Source of the DNA: Escherichia phage vB_ESM-pEJ01
Reading direction: 5' to 3' (one strand)
DNA: 64,000 bases
Sequence record: OP114734.1
The notes under the pieces were generated by a model, which was not told the DNA's origin, made no database searches, and saw only the letters and a list, made by a program, of their open reading frames with translations. Both the position numbers and the translations under genes were made by a program. Every line of letters begins with the position of its first letter. Position 1 is the stretch's first letter. This document shows, piece by piece, positions 1 through 7,671 of the stretch.

Positions 1-81
1 TTCTTAGTAAACTGCAAAGAGTGAGTACCGACCGAAAACATTTTCTTTAGTGCTTCACGAGGTGCGATATTATCAATTTGT

Positions 82-588
82 TCAGTCATTATCAATACCA
101 TTCAAATCTGTCAATAATGCTTTTGGAATACGCGTGATCGTAATATCTGCATTATTCAGAATATCAGCCCAATCACGCCCACCATTTCGATCATATGTGT
201 CGCAATAGTATAGATGTTTAATTCCACTGTTTGCAATTGCTTTAGCGCAATCTGGACACGGTGAAGCAGTACACCACATACTAGCGCCTTCAATCGATAC
301 ACCGCTACGGGCAGCAAACAAAATAGCATTTAATTCAGCATGGATTTCGTTTTTCTGTGACCATGCACTATGCTCTGGTCGTTTTTCTGGGATCATTTTG
401 CCGTCATCATCCAGCCAACCGCTTTTATGTGCATGACAGCTACAATTTACTTGCCCTGCTGGAGTTCCGTTAAATCCAGTAGAAATGATTCGCCCGTCTT
501 TTTCGATCAGTGCTCCTACCTTCCACGAAACACATTTAGAGTTCTTTGCGATCAGATAGGCGATCTGCATGTAAGTTTGTGACAACAT
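82..588 (-). CDS. cd: dCMP deaminase
   Basis: 168 aa; zinc-binding deaminase motifs (HAE..., PCxxC); aligns with remembered T4 Cd; sits downstream of pseT as in T4. Confidence 0.9.
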   Translation of the reverse strand: MLSQTYMQIAYLIAKNSKCVSWKVGALIEKDGRIISTGFNGTPAGQVNCSCHAHKSGWLDDDGKMIPEKRPEHSAWSQKNEIHAELNAILFAARSGVSIEGASMWCTASPCPDCAKAIANSGIKHLYYCDTYDRNGGRDWADILNNADITITRIPKALLTDLNGIDND

Positions 589-609
589 AATATAATCCTC
601 ACATATTAA

Positions 610-813
610 TTAACCGTATACGCGAAAGTATTCTACTGATCCGTCGCTATACTGTTTTACATTGAATGTATTCACACCATGATTATTTCTCATGATGACA
701 TATACACTGCGACGTTCATCGCTAAACGGCATAACTGGCGCTGGTTCAATATCAACACTAAAACCACGTTTAGCAAGTGCTTCGCCTAATTGCTTGATTT
801 TATCGGTAAACAT
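610..813 (-). CDS. hypothetical small protein
   Basis: 67 aa track ORF tightly packed between pseT and cd in the same orientation. Confidence 0.4.
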   Translation of the reverse strand: MFTDKIKQLGEALAKRGFSVDIEPAPVMPFSDERRSVYVIMRNNHGVNTFNVKQYSDGSVEYFRVYG

Positions 814-1712
814 TAAAAGTCTCCGTAGTTAACCTGAAAACATTCTACACCAATTGAGCGGTACATGTCAACCACTTGATCACGGTCATCTACCGCCAAA
901 ACAACATGATAACGCGGTGCAATTTCAGAGAAGAAAATCTCTTTCTTCACTTCATGATCAGGACGACGATCATTAGTTTCACGTTGAAAGTGATCACTCG
1001 GTTCAATACCCTGTTCACGCAACCATTGCAGAGTATCTTCTTCGCAAACATCCTCACGCCCTGAGCATGTAATGATACGATAACCATTATCACGATACAG
1101 TTTAAGCATTTCGATCACTTGCGGACGCGGTTTATCTTCTTTGACCTTTGTCCAGTCAAACGGATGACGACCGCCCTTATCCGCTAATGTTCCATCAATA
1201 TCAAAGATCACTGCCTTCGGCAGCATGGTATTCGGTTTGTATACTTCTTGACCCATATATTCCTGGGTCAGATAAAATTGGTTACGCAAATGAGAAAGTG
1301 GAATTGCTTTCTCGCCTCGATAGAAATTACGTTTCTTTAGTGTCTCAAATGATTCATTGAACACTTGTTCAGTATACACCGCGTTAAATTCTTTTGCAAG
1401 TTCTTTGTAGAATACACGATGTTTTTCTTTCAGGTTAGTATCAGAGATAATGATACTTAATCCGCGTGATAGAGTCTCACGAGCAATCATTCTCTGAATA
1501 GACTCTACCAGTTTTTCTTTTTCCTTAGTATACTTGTATTTCAAATGTGAGTCAACACCAAACAACATAAGACGAAGATCATCGCGATTCACATTACGAT
1601 AATTACTAAACCGTTTACACGTTTCCATAGCCCATGTAGTTTTACCGGACCCAGAACAACCAACGGTTAAAATCACTTCACATTTCGGCATTATTTCTCC
1701 TTCGGTTTGCAC
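813..1712 (-). CDS. pseT: polynucleotide 5'-kinase / 3'-phosphatase
   Basis: 299 aa; P-loop GCSGSGKTT at N-terminus, HAD motif DIDGTL, C-terminus VECFQVNYGDF matches remembered T4 Pnk end. Confidence 0.9.
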   Translation of the reverse strand: MQTEGEIMPKCEVILTVGCSGSGKTTWAMETCKRFSNYRNVNRDDLRLMLFGVDSHLKYKYTKEKEKLVESIQRMIARETLSRGLSIIISDTNLKEKHRVFYKELAKEFNAVYTEQVFNESFETLKKRNFYRGEKAIPLSHLRNQFYLTQEYMGQEVYKPNTMLPKAVIFDIDGTLADKGGRHPFDWTKVKEDKPRPQVIEMLKLYRDNGYRIITCSGREDVCEEDTLQWLREQGIEPSDHFQRETNDRRPDHEVKKEIFFSEIAPRYHVVLAVDDRDQVVDMYRSIGVECFQVNYGDF

Positions 1713-2143
1713 CGTTCCTCATTAAGTTCTTTTCGATAATAACACATGATCAACTTACTTTCAAGTGTATATCTCTTAATATCCGCAAGCCAGACTCTAA
1801 ATTTTTGGGAGTCCTCCCACGACATAGAAACTCTAGGTTTACCGTCTATTGTATCCACTTTCAGGTCAATGTCAACTTTTTCTATTGGTGCTGGTAGTGA
1901 AGGATGTAATTTCGGTTCCTGTGAATAATGGTCCAGTGTACACGAAGAAAGCGCAAATACAATAGGCACAGCGAATACATGGATTATGGCGGTCTGAAAA
2001 TTCTTATGTGCTTTCTTAAACATCCAGTGTATCGCAAAAATTGAAAACACCATCAGGATAATAATGCTTGCACCTATCCCCAGATAATCAACCAGATTAA
2101 AATTGCTTATCTGCTCTTGCGTAGGCAATATTTCTATGCTCAT
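1691..2143 (-). CDS. membrane protein with lipoprotein-like signal (candidate spanin partner)
   Basis: 150 aa; strong SD AAGGAGG 8 nt before the ATG; hydrophobic segment followed by KKAHK...AVPIVFALSSC lipobox-like motif; position equals T4 pseT.2/pseT.3 spanin locus. Confidence 0.35.
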   Translation of the reverse strand: MSIEILPTQEQISNFNLVDYLGIGASIIILMVFSIFAIHWMFKKAHKNFQTAIIHVFAVPIVFALSSCTLDHYSQEPKLHPSLPAPIEKVDIDLKVDTIDGKPRVSMSWEDSQKFRVWLADIKRYTLESKLIMCYYRKELNEERCKPKEK

Positions 2144-2463
2144 TTAGTAGCCTCCTTTAATTCTTCGGTAAACTCCTTAAATGAGTCATTAAGCTGTTTC
2201 TCTACCAACTTGGGTTTTTGTGCTACTACATAGCCTCGTGTAGCGTCTTTCATTGCTTTGTTTTGTTCTTCTGCAAACTTAGTTCTTATTCCGTACATCT
2301 CCTTTTGTAGTGAGTCTACGACCTTCATCTTCTCATCTGTCTTTTTCTTATACTCTGTAAATTCCTGATTCAGTCGATCTACCTCCTTTTTATTTTCCCA
2401 CCACATATTTCCACCTACCCCCAGCAACACAGAGATGATAACAATGTATACCAGCTTTGACAT
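2140..2463 (-). CDS. i-spanin-like protein (N-terminal TM plus coiled coil)
   Basis: 107 aa from MSKLVYIVIISVLLGVGG; single N-terminal TM then charged coiled-coil region; start re-set to ATG at 2463 to avoid overlap with rnlA. Confidence 0.4.
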   Translation of the reverse strand: MSKLVYIVIISVLLGVGGNMWWENKKEVDRLNQEFTEYKKKTDEKMKVVDSLQKEMYGIRTKFAEEQNKAMKDATRGYVVAQKPKLVEKQLNDSFKEFTEELKEATK

Positions 2464-2507
2464 ATTACCCCCAACGACAAAAGGCGGGGAACTAGCCCCG
2501 CTTATTA

Positions 2508-3677
2508 TTACCAATCAATCTTATCAGCCGGAATCAGTTTCTTATAATTCCGTAGATAGTAAGTTTTCATTGAATCCAGAATACGGTCATAATCAAGACC
2601 ATCAAATGCAATCATCAGACACATGAAAATATATGCTTGTGCATCACCATGTTTACGTGATTCGATAGTCGCATTTGATGCATATGTCTTTCTGTCTTCT
2701 CCCGCGTGTGCGTTATAAAATTCTGTTGCTGTCGTGAAGGCATTGCGAAGAATAGACCTGAATGCTTCCTCGAATAACTCGATTCGTTCCAGTGCTTCTG
2801 GTTCGCCTTCATATGCAGCACGCAAATCATCGGTTTCGCTTTCTACGACATAGTAGATCAGGTTATTAGGAAACATCGATGTGTTTTTAATGTTATGCAC
2901 ACCAATATACCATTCACTCTTCACCTTGAACAGTTGACCGTCTTTAGTGCGTGCAACAATTCCTTCGATACCTTCTGCGGTCCGAACTTCATCAAGAATA
3001 TTGCTAAAACGCGCTGAATCAACCTGTAGCGCATTTACCAGATGAGGACGTAGGATTGCGTCAGCAAATAGCATTTGATGCGGTACGTACTCTCCTGTGA
3101 CGTTATGGCGTACATTCAGAAGTGTTAGCGACGGTTCAGAATATTCTACAACAATTCGGTTGCTGGGTGCTGTATATTCAAAGTTGAAAGTATAATCAGA
3201 CCCAATATCAGCAATCTTAGCGCGTAGATCCGCATACTTCTCTGAATACAGAAGACCGTTTGCTCTCTCTGCCTGGCTTGAGTACAAGGCCGCTTTAGAC
3301 TTCAACTGAACATAGCCGGTATCAATGTATGTGCTTACTAGACTACCGTCCATTTTGTCCATGACCATTTCCACATCTTCCGGCTTAAAGCGAGCGCGAT
3401 CATTCTCACCCAAATTAAAAAACTTCTCCATAGGACGAGATGCAATGCGGACCGGACGACCTTTATCGTCAATTTCAAACATGATCCCGCGACACTCTAA
3501 CGCATCTGGTTTATTCCACATTTCAGGTTTGCTCAAGTACAGATAGCTAAAAATGCGCATACGGGTTTGCATCGCCGTAATTTCATCTTTGTAGTAGAAC
3601 GTATCAGATCCGTCACATAGTGCCATCAGATTTTTGAACAATACTAAAACTTTTTTGTTGTTTTCTTTTGTTGACAT
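2508..3677 (-). CDS. rnlA: RNA ligase 1
   Basis: 389 aa track ORF; strong colinear match to remembered T4 gp63 (LFKNLMALC, ECRGIMFE, RIASRPMEKFFNL); the track 5' end overlaps denA by 65 nt so the true start is probably downstream. Confidence 0.85.
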   Translation of the reverse strand: MSTKENNKKVLVLFKNLMALCDGSDTFYYKDEITAMQTRMRIFSYLYLSKPEMWNKPDALECRGIMFEIDDKGRPVRIASRPMEKFFNLGENDRARFKPEDVEMVMDKMDGSLVSTYIDTGYVQLKSKAALYSSQAERANGLLYSEKYADLRAKIADIGSDYTFNFEYTAPSNRIVVEYSEPSLTLLNVRHNVTGEYVPHQMLFADAILRPHLVNALQVDSARFSNILDEVRTAEGIEGIVARTKDGQLFKVKSEWYIGVHNIKNTSMFPNNLIYYVVESETDDLRAAYEGEPEALERIELFEEAFRSILRNAFTTATEFYNAHAGEDRKTYASNATIESRKHGDAQAYIFMCLMIAFDGLDYDRILDSMKTYYLRNYKKLIPADKIDW

Positions 3678-4074
3678 AATTTGTGTTCCATTCTGGTTTA
3701 AATTTGGTGATCAAAACAGGTTCTTCGATATCGGCAGTGCTTATAATATCCTTACCCGTTGGATTCTCAATATATAACTCAAAGCACTGACGGTAATAGA
3801 ATGTTACTGTCTTACCTTCCTCTAGCGCCTTATGAATATTCTTACTCTTGCGAGTATCCGCCGTTGGTGTTTGTCTGTTAATGCTAGTCCGGTAATAATT
3901 GATCCGCTTTCTGAGATTGACAGTCTGTCCAATATATACCAGTTCATCATCAACCACAATAGCATAAAGAACATTTAAACGGTTCTTCTGAGGCGGTAGA
4001 ATCACATCACCATCTTTACACTCTAAACATGAATATTTAACGAATCCATAGTTTTCTATTAGCTCATTAATCAT
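3613..4074 (-). CDS. denA: endonuclease II (GIY-YIG)
   Basis: 153 aa; NVLYAIVVDDELVYIGQTVNLRKRINYYRT matches remembered T4 EndoII almost residue for residue; SD GAGGAAAGG upstream. Confidence 0.85.
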   Translation of the reverse strand: MINELIENYGFVKYSCLECKDGDVILPPQKNRLNVLYAIVVDDELVYIGQTVNLRKRINYYRTSINRQTPTADTRKSKNIHKALEEGKTVTFYYRQCFELYIENPTGKDIISTADIEEPVLITKFKPEWNTNYVNKRKQQKSFSIVQKSDGTM

Positions 4075-4090
4075 TATCCTTTCCTCACGT

Positions 4091-4117
4091 CACAACAAAG
4101 GCGGGATTTCTCCCGCC
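4091..4117 (-). terminator. rho-independent terminator after ORF 4125..4523
   Basis: hairpin GGCGGGAGAAATCCCGCC followed by T-rich tract on the minus strand. Confidence 0.55.
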
Positions 4118-4124
4118 CACCTTA

Positions 4125-4523
4125 TTAACTTTCCAGAATATCGCGAGCTTCGTTACGCTCCTTGATGATTTTCAGGACAAATTCCAGTTTTTCTTTGTTC
4201 AGCGTTCCATTTTCCATTGCTTCTTTGACGGTAAACACTCCGCCACCTTGCCCGTATACAGTGACAGTGATTTCACCTAACATCGTGGTATGAAAACCTC
4301 CAATTTTCGGTGATTCGAAAGAAACAATTACCTCGCGGACAGTATTACCGTCGTTGATTTCTGAGAGGGTAATGTCGTTTTTGTAGGCGGTTGCTTTAAC
4401 CATACGGATCAGCATAGTCTGATCTGGGGAGATGGTCATTTTGTCCATTGCATGTTGCAATGCAGCGTAACCGAAAACTTTAACGAAGTCCAGAACGTCT
4501 TTGCGAGTTTGAAATTTAATCAT
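4125..4523 (-). CDS. hypothetical protein
   Basis: 132 aa; own promoter (4557..4585) and SD AAGGAG 7 nt upstream; terminator downstream. Confidence 0.55.
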   Translation of the reverse strand: MIKFQTRKDVLDFVKVFGYAALQHAMDKMTISPDQTMLIRMVKATAYKNDITLSEINDGNTVREVIVSFESPKIGGFHTTMLGEITVTVYGQGGGVFTVKEAMENGTLNKEKLEFVLKIIKERNEARDILES

Positions 4524-4556
4524 CTTGATACTCCTTAGTTGTTTTGGTATGGGAGT

Positions 4557-4585
4557 ATCTTACTACTCCCGTGATATGCTGTCAA
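4557..4585 (-). promoter_or_regulatory. sigma70-like early promoter (TTGACA-17-TAAGAT) with -10 in hairpin loop
   Basis: minus-strand TTGACA at 4580-4585, 17 nt spacer, TAAGAT at 4557-4562; hairpin GGGAGTA/TACTCCC encloses the -10. Confidence 0.55.
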
Positions 4586-4593
4586 CTGCTTTT

Positions 4594-4743
4594 TTATGCA
4601 ACCGCAAACATCAACATTTGAACATTCTTGGCTGTCTGGCTTTCAAAGTTCTGACATTCTTTGATAATGTCCTCTACTTTCTCGCCGGAGATCTCCGCGT
4701 AAGTTTCGATTGCCATTTTCAGTACCGAGTCAAAGTTGTTCAT
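4594..4743 (-). CDS. small protein (49 aa), not in ORF track
   Basis: ATG at 4743 preceded by AAGGAG; own upstream promoter; translates MNNFDSVLKMAIETYAEISGEKVEDIIKECQNFESQTAKNVQMLMFAVA. Confidence 0.4.
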   Translation of the reverse strand: MNNFDSVLKMAIETYAEISGEKVEDIIKECQNFESQTAKNVQMLMFAVA

Positions 4744-4783
4744 TTGATTCTCCTTAAAGTGTATTTCGTTTCGATGGGGGGGT

Positions 4784-4812
4784 ATATTACTACCCCCGTT
4801 TCATGCTGTCAA
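4784..4812 (-). promoter_or_regulatory. sigma70-like early promoter (TTGACA-17-TAATAT) with GGGGG/CCCCC hairpin
   Basis: same cassette architecture as 4557..4585. Confidence 0.5.
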
Positions 4813-5031
4813 CTACTTTTTAATGACAAGTTCGAATTTTGCTACCTTGCGTCCTCGTTTATTGAAAGCAACCCACGGACGGTTTTCAATGTAGAACAAT
4901 TCTTCGCCAATAATGAATACTGGCTGATTGTAAAGGCGACCCATCAGGTCACGCTGGCGAATGGTAGTAGATTCGTATACTTCGCCTACTACAAAGTGCT
5001 TGCTGATAGAGTCGGTGCAAGTAAATTTCAT
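4813..5031 (-). CDS. small protein, member of a paralog pair (see 32267..32473)
   Basis: 72 aa; SD AAGGAG; C-terminal ...VAKFELVIKK resembles ...VAKFEIIE of ORF 32267..32473. Confidence 0.5.
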   Translation of the reverse strand: MKFTCTDSISKHFVVGEVYESTTIRQRDLMGRLYNQPVFIIGEELFYIENRPWVAFNKRGRKVAKFELVIKK

Positions 5032-5064
5032 TTTGATTCTCCTTTGTTTCGTTTCGATGTGGGT

Positions 5065-5093
5065 ATATTACTACCACCGTTATTCAGTGTCAA
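5065..5093 (-). promoter_or_regulatory. sigma70-like early promoter (TTGACA-17-TAATAT)
   Basis: third copy of the promoter cassette. Confidence 0.5.
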
Positions 5094-5100
5094 CTACTTT

Positions 5101-5319
5101 TTACTTGTTGTATTCATTCCACCATTGGGTTAGCTTATCAATTATTTTTGTGTTTCTATCCAACTTCTCCCACCGTTTTCTAGGGTTTATCAACCGGAAT
5201 AGGTAAGGTGTACTTGTTAAGTGAACTCGGTCAATGTAGTGATTGATGTACTGCTTTTCGATTCTAAGTTTCATCTTTTTACGATGAAAATATGCAATGA
5301 CTTGTTCTTCTGTTTCCAT
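5101..5319 (-). CDS. hypothetical small basic protein
   Basis: 72 aa; SD GGAGG; promoter 5344..5372 upstream. Confidence 0.5.
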   Translation of the reverse strand: METEEQVIAYFHRKKMKLRIEKQYINHYIDRVHLTSTPYLFRLINPRKRWEKLDRNTKIIDKLTQWWNEYNK

Positions 5320-5343
5320 ATGTTCCTCCGTTTCGATGTGCGT

Positions 5344-5372
5344 ATTATGCTATGGCAAGATCAGATTGTCAA
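5344..5372 (-). promoter_or_regulatory. sigma70-like early promoter (TTGACA-17-CATAAT)
   Basis: fourth copy of the promoter cassette. Confidence 0.5.
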
Positions 5373-5383
5373 CACCCAATAAC

Positions 5384-5409
5384 AAAAAAAGTCGCCACTA
5401 TGGGCGACT
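5384..5409 (-). terminator. rho-independent terminator after HAD-family gene
   Basis: hairpin GTCGCC-CATAGT-GGCGAC followed by TTTTTTT on the minus strand. Confidence 0.6.
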
Positions 5410-5420
5410 TTGAACAAACA

Positions 5421-5897
5421 TTAATCATGACCGTGATTTGCAATATCCGCTCGCGTCTTATCTTTGTGATTTCCTACGTCAAAGACACGATAACCATTTT
5501 CACGCAAAACTTTAATCACTTCTGGGTTATCCTCAAAGACTCCGACAACTTCATCTTTATCAAAGGATTTAATTACCTCTAATTTGATGTGATAGTCTTT
5601 ACGGGAATCGGTACGGCCTCTCATAAAGATTTTATCAAAACACACCCCGTTAGAAATTAACCAATCAATTGTTTCCATGTAAGCATGTGAACTTCGTCCG
5701 GTGAGGATGTAAATCAAATGCCCGTTGTCGGAAAGAGCATTAATAACACGAATTACATCGTAAATGGGGGAATCTCCCCCACATGCCTTGTTATATTCGA
5801 TCCATGACTCGACTTTATCAAGATTTTCGGTTGGCATCTTTGCTAGTCGATGTGTTGGATCTGTGATCGTAAAATCTAAATCGACAAAATATATCAT
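5421..5897 (-). CDS. HAD-family phosphatase (putative nucleotidase)
   Basis: 158 aa; N-terminal DLDFTITD (DxDxT) HAD motif; sits just after nrdB. Confidence 0.55.
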   Translation of the reverse strand: MIYFVDLDFTITDPTHRLAKMPTENLDKVESWIEYNKACGGDSPIYDVIRVINALSDNGHLIYILTGRSSHAYMETIDWLISNGVCFDKIFMRGRTDSRKDYHIKLEVIKSFDKDEVVGVFEDNPEVIKVLRENGYRVFDVGNHKDKTRADIANHGHD

Positions 5898-7081
5898 AGA
5901 TATTTCCCGAATCGGTTGTAGTCATCGTCTGTTAAATCGGTATTAACCTGAGATACCAGATACATAATCTCTACTTCCTGCGCTGCATTCTGTACTTCGT
6001 CAGAGTTCAACCATTTACGCATCCACGGTAACGGATGACGACGAACACTAAACTGGCTTTTCAGTCCGGCAGCACGCATACGGGAATCTGCCAGGTATTC
6101 TACATAGGTTTTCAGAATTTCCGGCGACAGGTTAGGAATTGCCCCCATTGCGAATAAGTGATCTACCCATTCTTTTTCTTGCTCGACAACATCCAGAAAG
6201 ATTTTCGTTGCTTCGCCTTCAAGTTCTTCCGCAATCTGTTTCCACTCATCACCATCAGCCCCCGTTTGCCATTGACGAATAATGTATTGTGTGCCTTTTA
6301 AGTGAAGTTGTTCATCACGCGCAATAAATTTCATGATCTTCGCGTTACCTTCCAGTAAACCACGTTCGGCAAAGCTGAAAGTACATGCAAAGGACACATA
6401 AAAACGTATTGCTTCCAGTGCATTTACGCAGTGTGCACACAGATAAATCGAAGCCATCAGATCTCGTTTTGTATCTTCAAAAAATCTTCTTGCATCATCT
6501 AATTCTGTCTGATCGTCTCGTTCTTCCCAATAGTGGTGGAGAACTTCTTCTTCCCAATAGCGGAGATCTTCTTTTGCATTCTCATACTTACGAATCCAAT
6601 AGAGAACATCATCATAATATTTCCCGATAGATTCCGCTCGCTTCATGATAGCAGGGTTATCGATGATCTGGTCGAACTCACTAGCCGGATCAATGAAACA
6701 GTTACGCATAATGTGTGTATAGCTTCGGCTATGAATCGTTTCGCTGAATGTCCATGTTTGCAACCATGTATCGAGAGTTGGATCAGATACAATTGGACCA
6801 AATGCTGCGGACGGTGCGCGACCTTGAATAGAATCAAGTAATGTCTGATACTTCAAGTTTTCGGTAAAGAAACGCTTTTCAACGTCACCCATATTAAGAT
6901 ATTGAATGCGGTCGGTTGCAAGTGAAATCTCTTCTGGACGCCAGAAAAATGACAATTGCTTTTCGATCAGTTCTTCAAATACTTGATGACGCTGAATATC
7001 ATAGCGAGCGATACCCAACCCACTACCCAGAAACATTGGTTCGTTCATAATATCAACATGTTCGCGGTTAAATACGCTCAT
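5894..7081 (-). CDS. nrdB: ribonucleotide reductase beta subunit
   Basis: 395 aa; di-iron RNR small-subunit features; downstream of nrdA as in T4; SD GTGAGGTG. Confidence 0.9.
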   Translation of the reverse strand: MSVFNREHVDIMNEPMFLGSGLGIARYDIQRHQVFEELIEKQLSFFWRPEEISLATDRIQYLNMGDVEKRFFTENLKYQTLLDSIQGRAPSAAFGPIVSDPTLDTWLQTWTFSETIHSRSYTHIMRNCFIDPASEFDQIIDNPAIMKRAESIGKYYDDVLYWIRKYENAKEDLRYWEEEVLHHYWEERDDQTELDDARRFFEDTKRDLMASIYLCAHCVNALEAIRFYVSFACTFSFAERGLLEGNAKIMKFIARDEQLHLKGTQYIIRQWQTGADGDEWKQIAEELEGEATKIFLDVVEQEKEWVDHLFAMGAIPNLSPEILKTYVEYLADSRMRAAGLKSQFSVRRHPLPWMRKWLNSDEVQNAAQEVEIMYLVSQVNTDLTDDDYNRFGKYL

Positions 7082-7096
7082 TAATTCACCTCACTA

Positions 7097-7264
7097 TCAC
7101 TTTTTAACACAAAAGAACTTAGTATTTCTGTTTATTTCGCTATCCTGCTGCAATTCCTGCACAGCTTCAAAACAATTTTGATATGATGAAAACTCTACGC
7201 TGGTAACAGTTCCTTTATTATATACGCCTACGCTAACGGAAAGCAATAACCATAATGTAGCCAT
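7097..7264 (-). CDS. small protein with hydrophobic N-terminus (55 aa), not in ORF track
   Basis: ATG at 7264 overlaps stop of upstream paralog (TAATG); MATLWLLLSVSVGVY...; paralog of 7264..7437. Confidence 0.45.
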   Translation of the reverse strand: MATLWLLLSVSVGVYNKGTVTSVEFSSYQNCFEAVQELQQDSEINRNTKFFCVKK

Positions 7265-7437
7265 TAGTTCACCTTTTGTTTTTCAACACAGTACAGATTC
7301 ATAAAGCGTTTATTGTCTTCACGGATAATCTCGCGAGCTTTAACGCAATCCTGCTTTGTTGCAAACTCAATGCTTGACATATTTCCGTAATTATACATTG
7401 AATTGCTTATTGCAATCAATAACCATACAGTAGCCAT
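7264..7437 (-). CDS. small protein with hydrophobic N-terminus (57 aa), not in ORF track
   Basis: MATVWLLIAISNS...; shares SVEF...C...CV.K pattern with 7097..7264; TAATG coupling on both sides. Confidence 0.45.
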   Translation of the reverse strand: MATVWLLIAISNSMYNYGNMSSIEFATKQDCVKAREIIREDNKRFMNLYCVEKQKVN

Positions 7438-7634
7438 TATCCGACAACCTCAAAACATTTATCATCAGGAAGAATCGCCCATTCTACACCGTATTCATCC
7501 TCGACGTAGTAGCAAGTCCCATCATGTCGAGCATCATATTCATCACCAACAACAAAGCTATCAGCTAGTTCAAAATCTACAGCAACACATTTAATTTGGT
7601 CATAATAAAATCCTCACTTGTTTTTGATGGTTGT

Positions 7635-7663
7635 ATTATAGCGGGGATTTCTCCCCGCGTCAA
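7635..7663 (-). promoter_or_regulatory. sigma70-like promoter (TTGACG-17-TATAAT) with hairpin in spacer
   Basis: spacer is the hairpin GCGGGGAGAAATCCCCGC; immediately downstream of nrdA stop. Confidence 0.5.
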
Positions 7664-7671
7664 CACTTATT

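Noticed and set aside
370-582. Plus-strand 70 aa ORF inside cd, and the many similar plus-strand track ORFs inside minus-strand genes (for example 7984..8361, 10896..11312, 37375..37926, 41081..41386, 53260..53679)
   Set aside because: Each lies fully antisense to a well-supported conserved gene, with no SD or promoter context; treated as shadow ORFs.
2508-3677. Long 5' extension of rnlA overlapping denA by 65 nt
   Set aside because: T4 RnlA aligns from about 10 residues into the track ORF, and the track uses alternative starts; the true start is probably downstream, so the overlap is likely an artefact of ORF calling.
4525-5133. Plus-strand 202 aa track ORF spanning the promoter cassette array
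   Set aside because: It runs antisense across four minus-strand promoters and small genes, its translation is low-complexity, and it has no SD; the minus-strand cassettes explain the region better.
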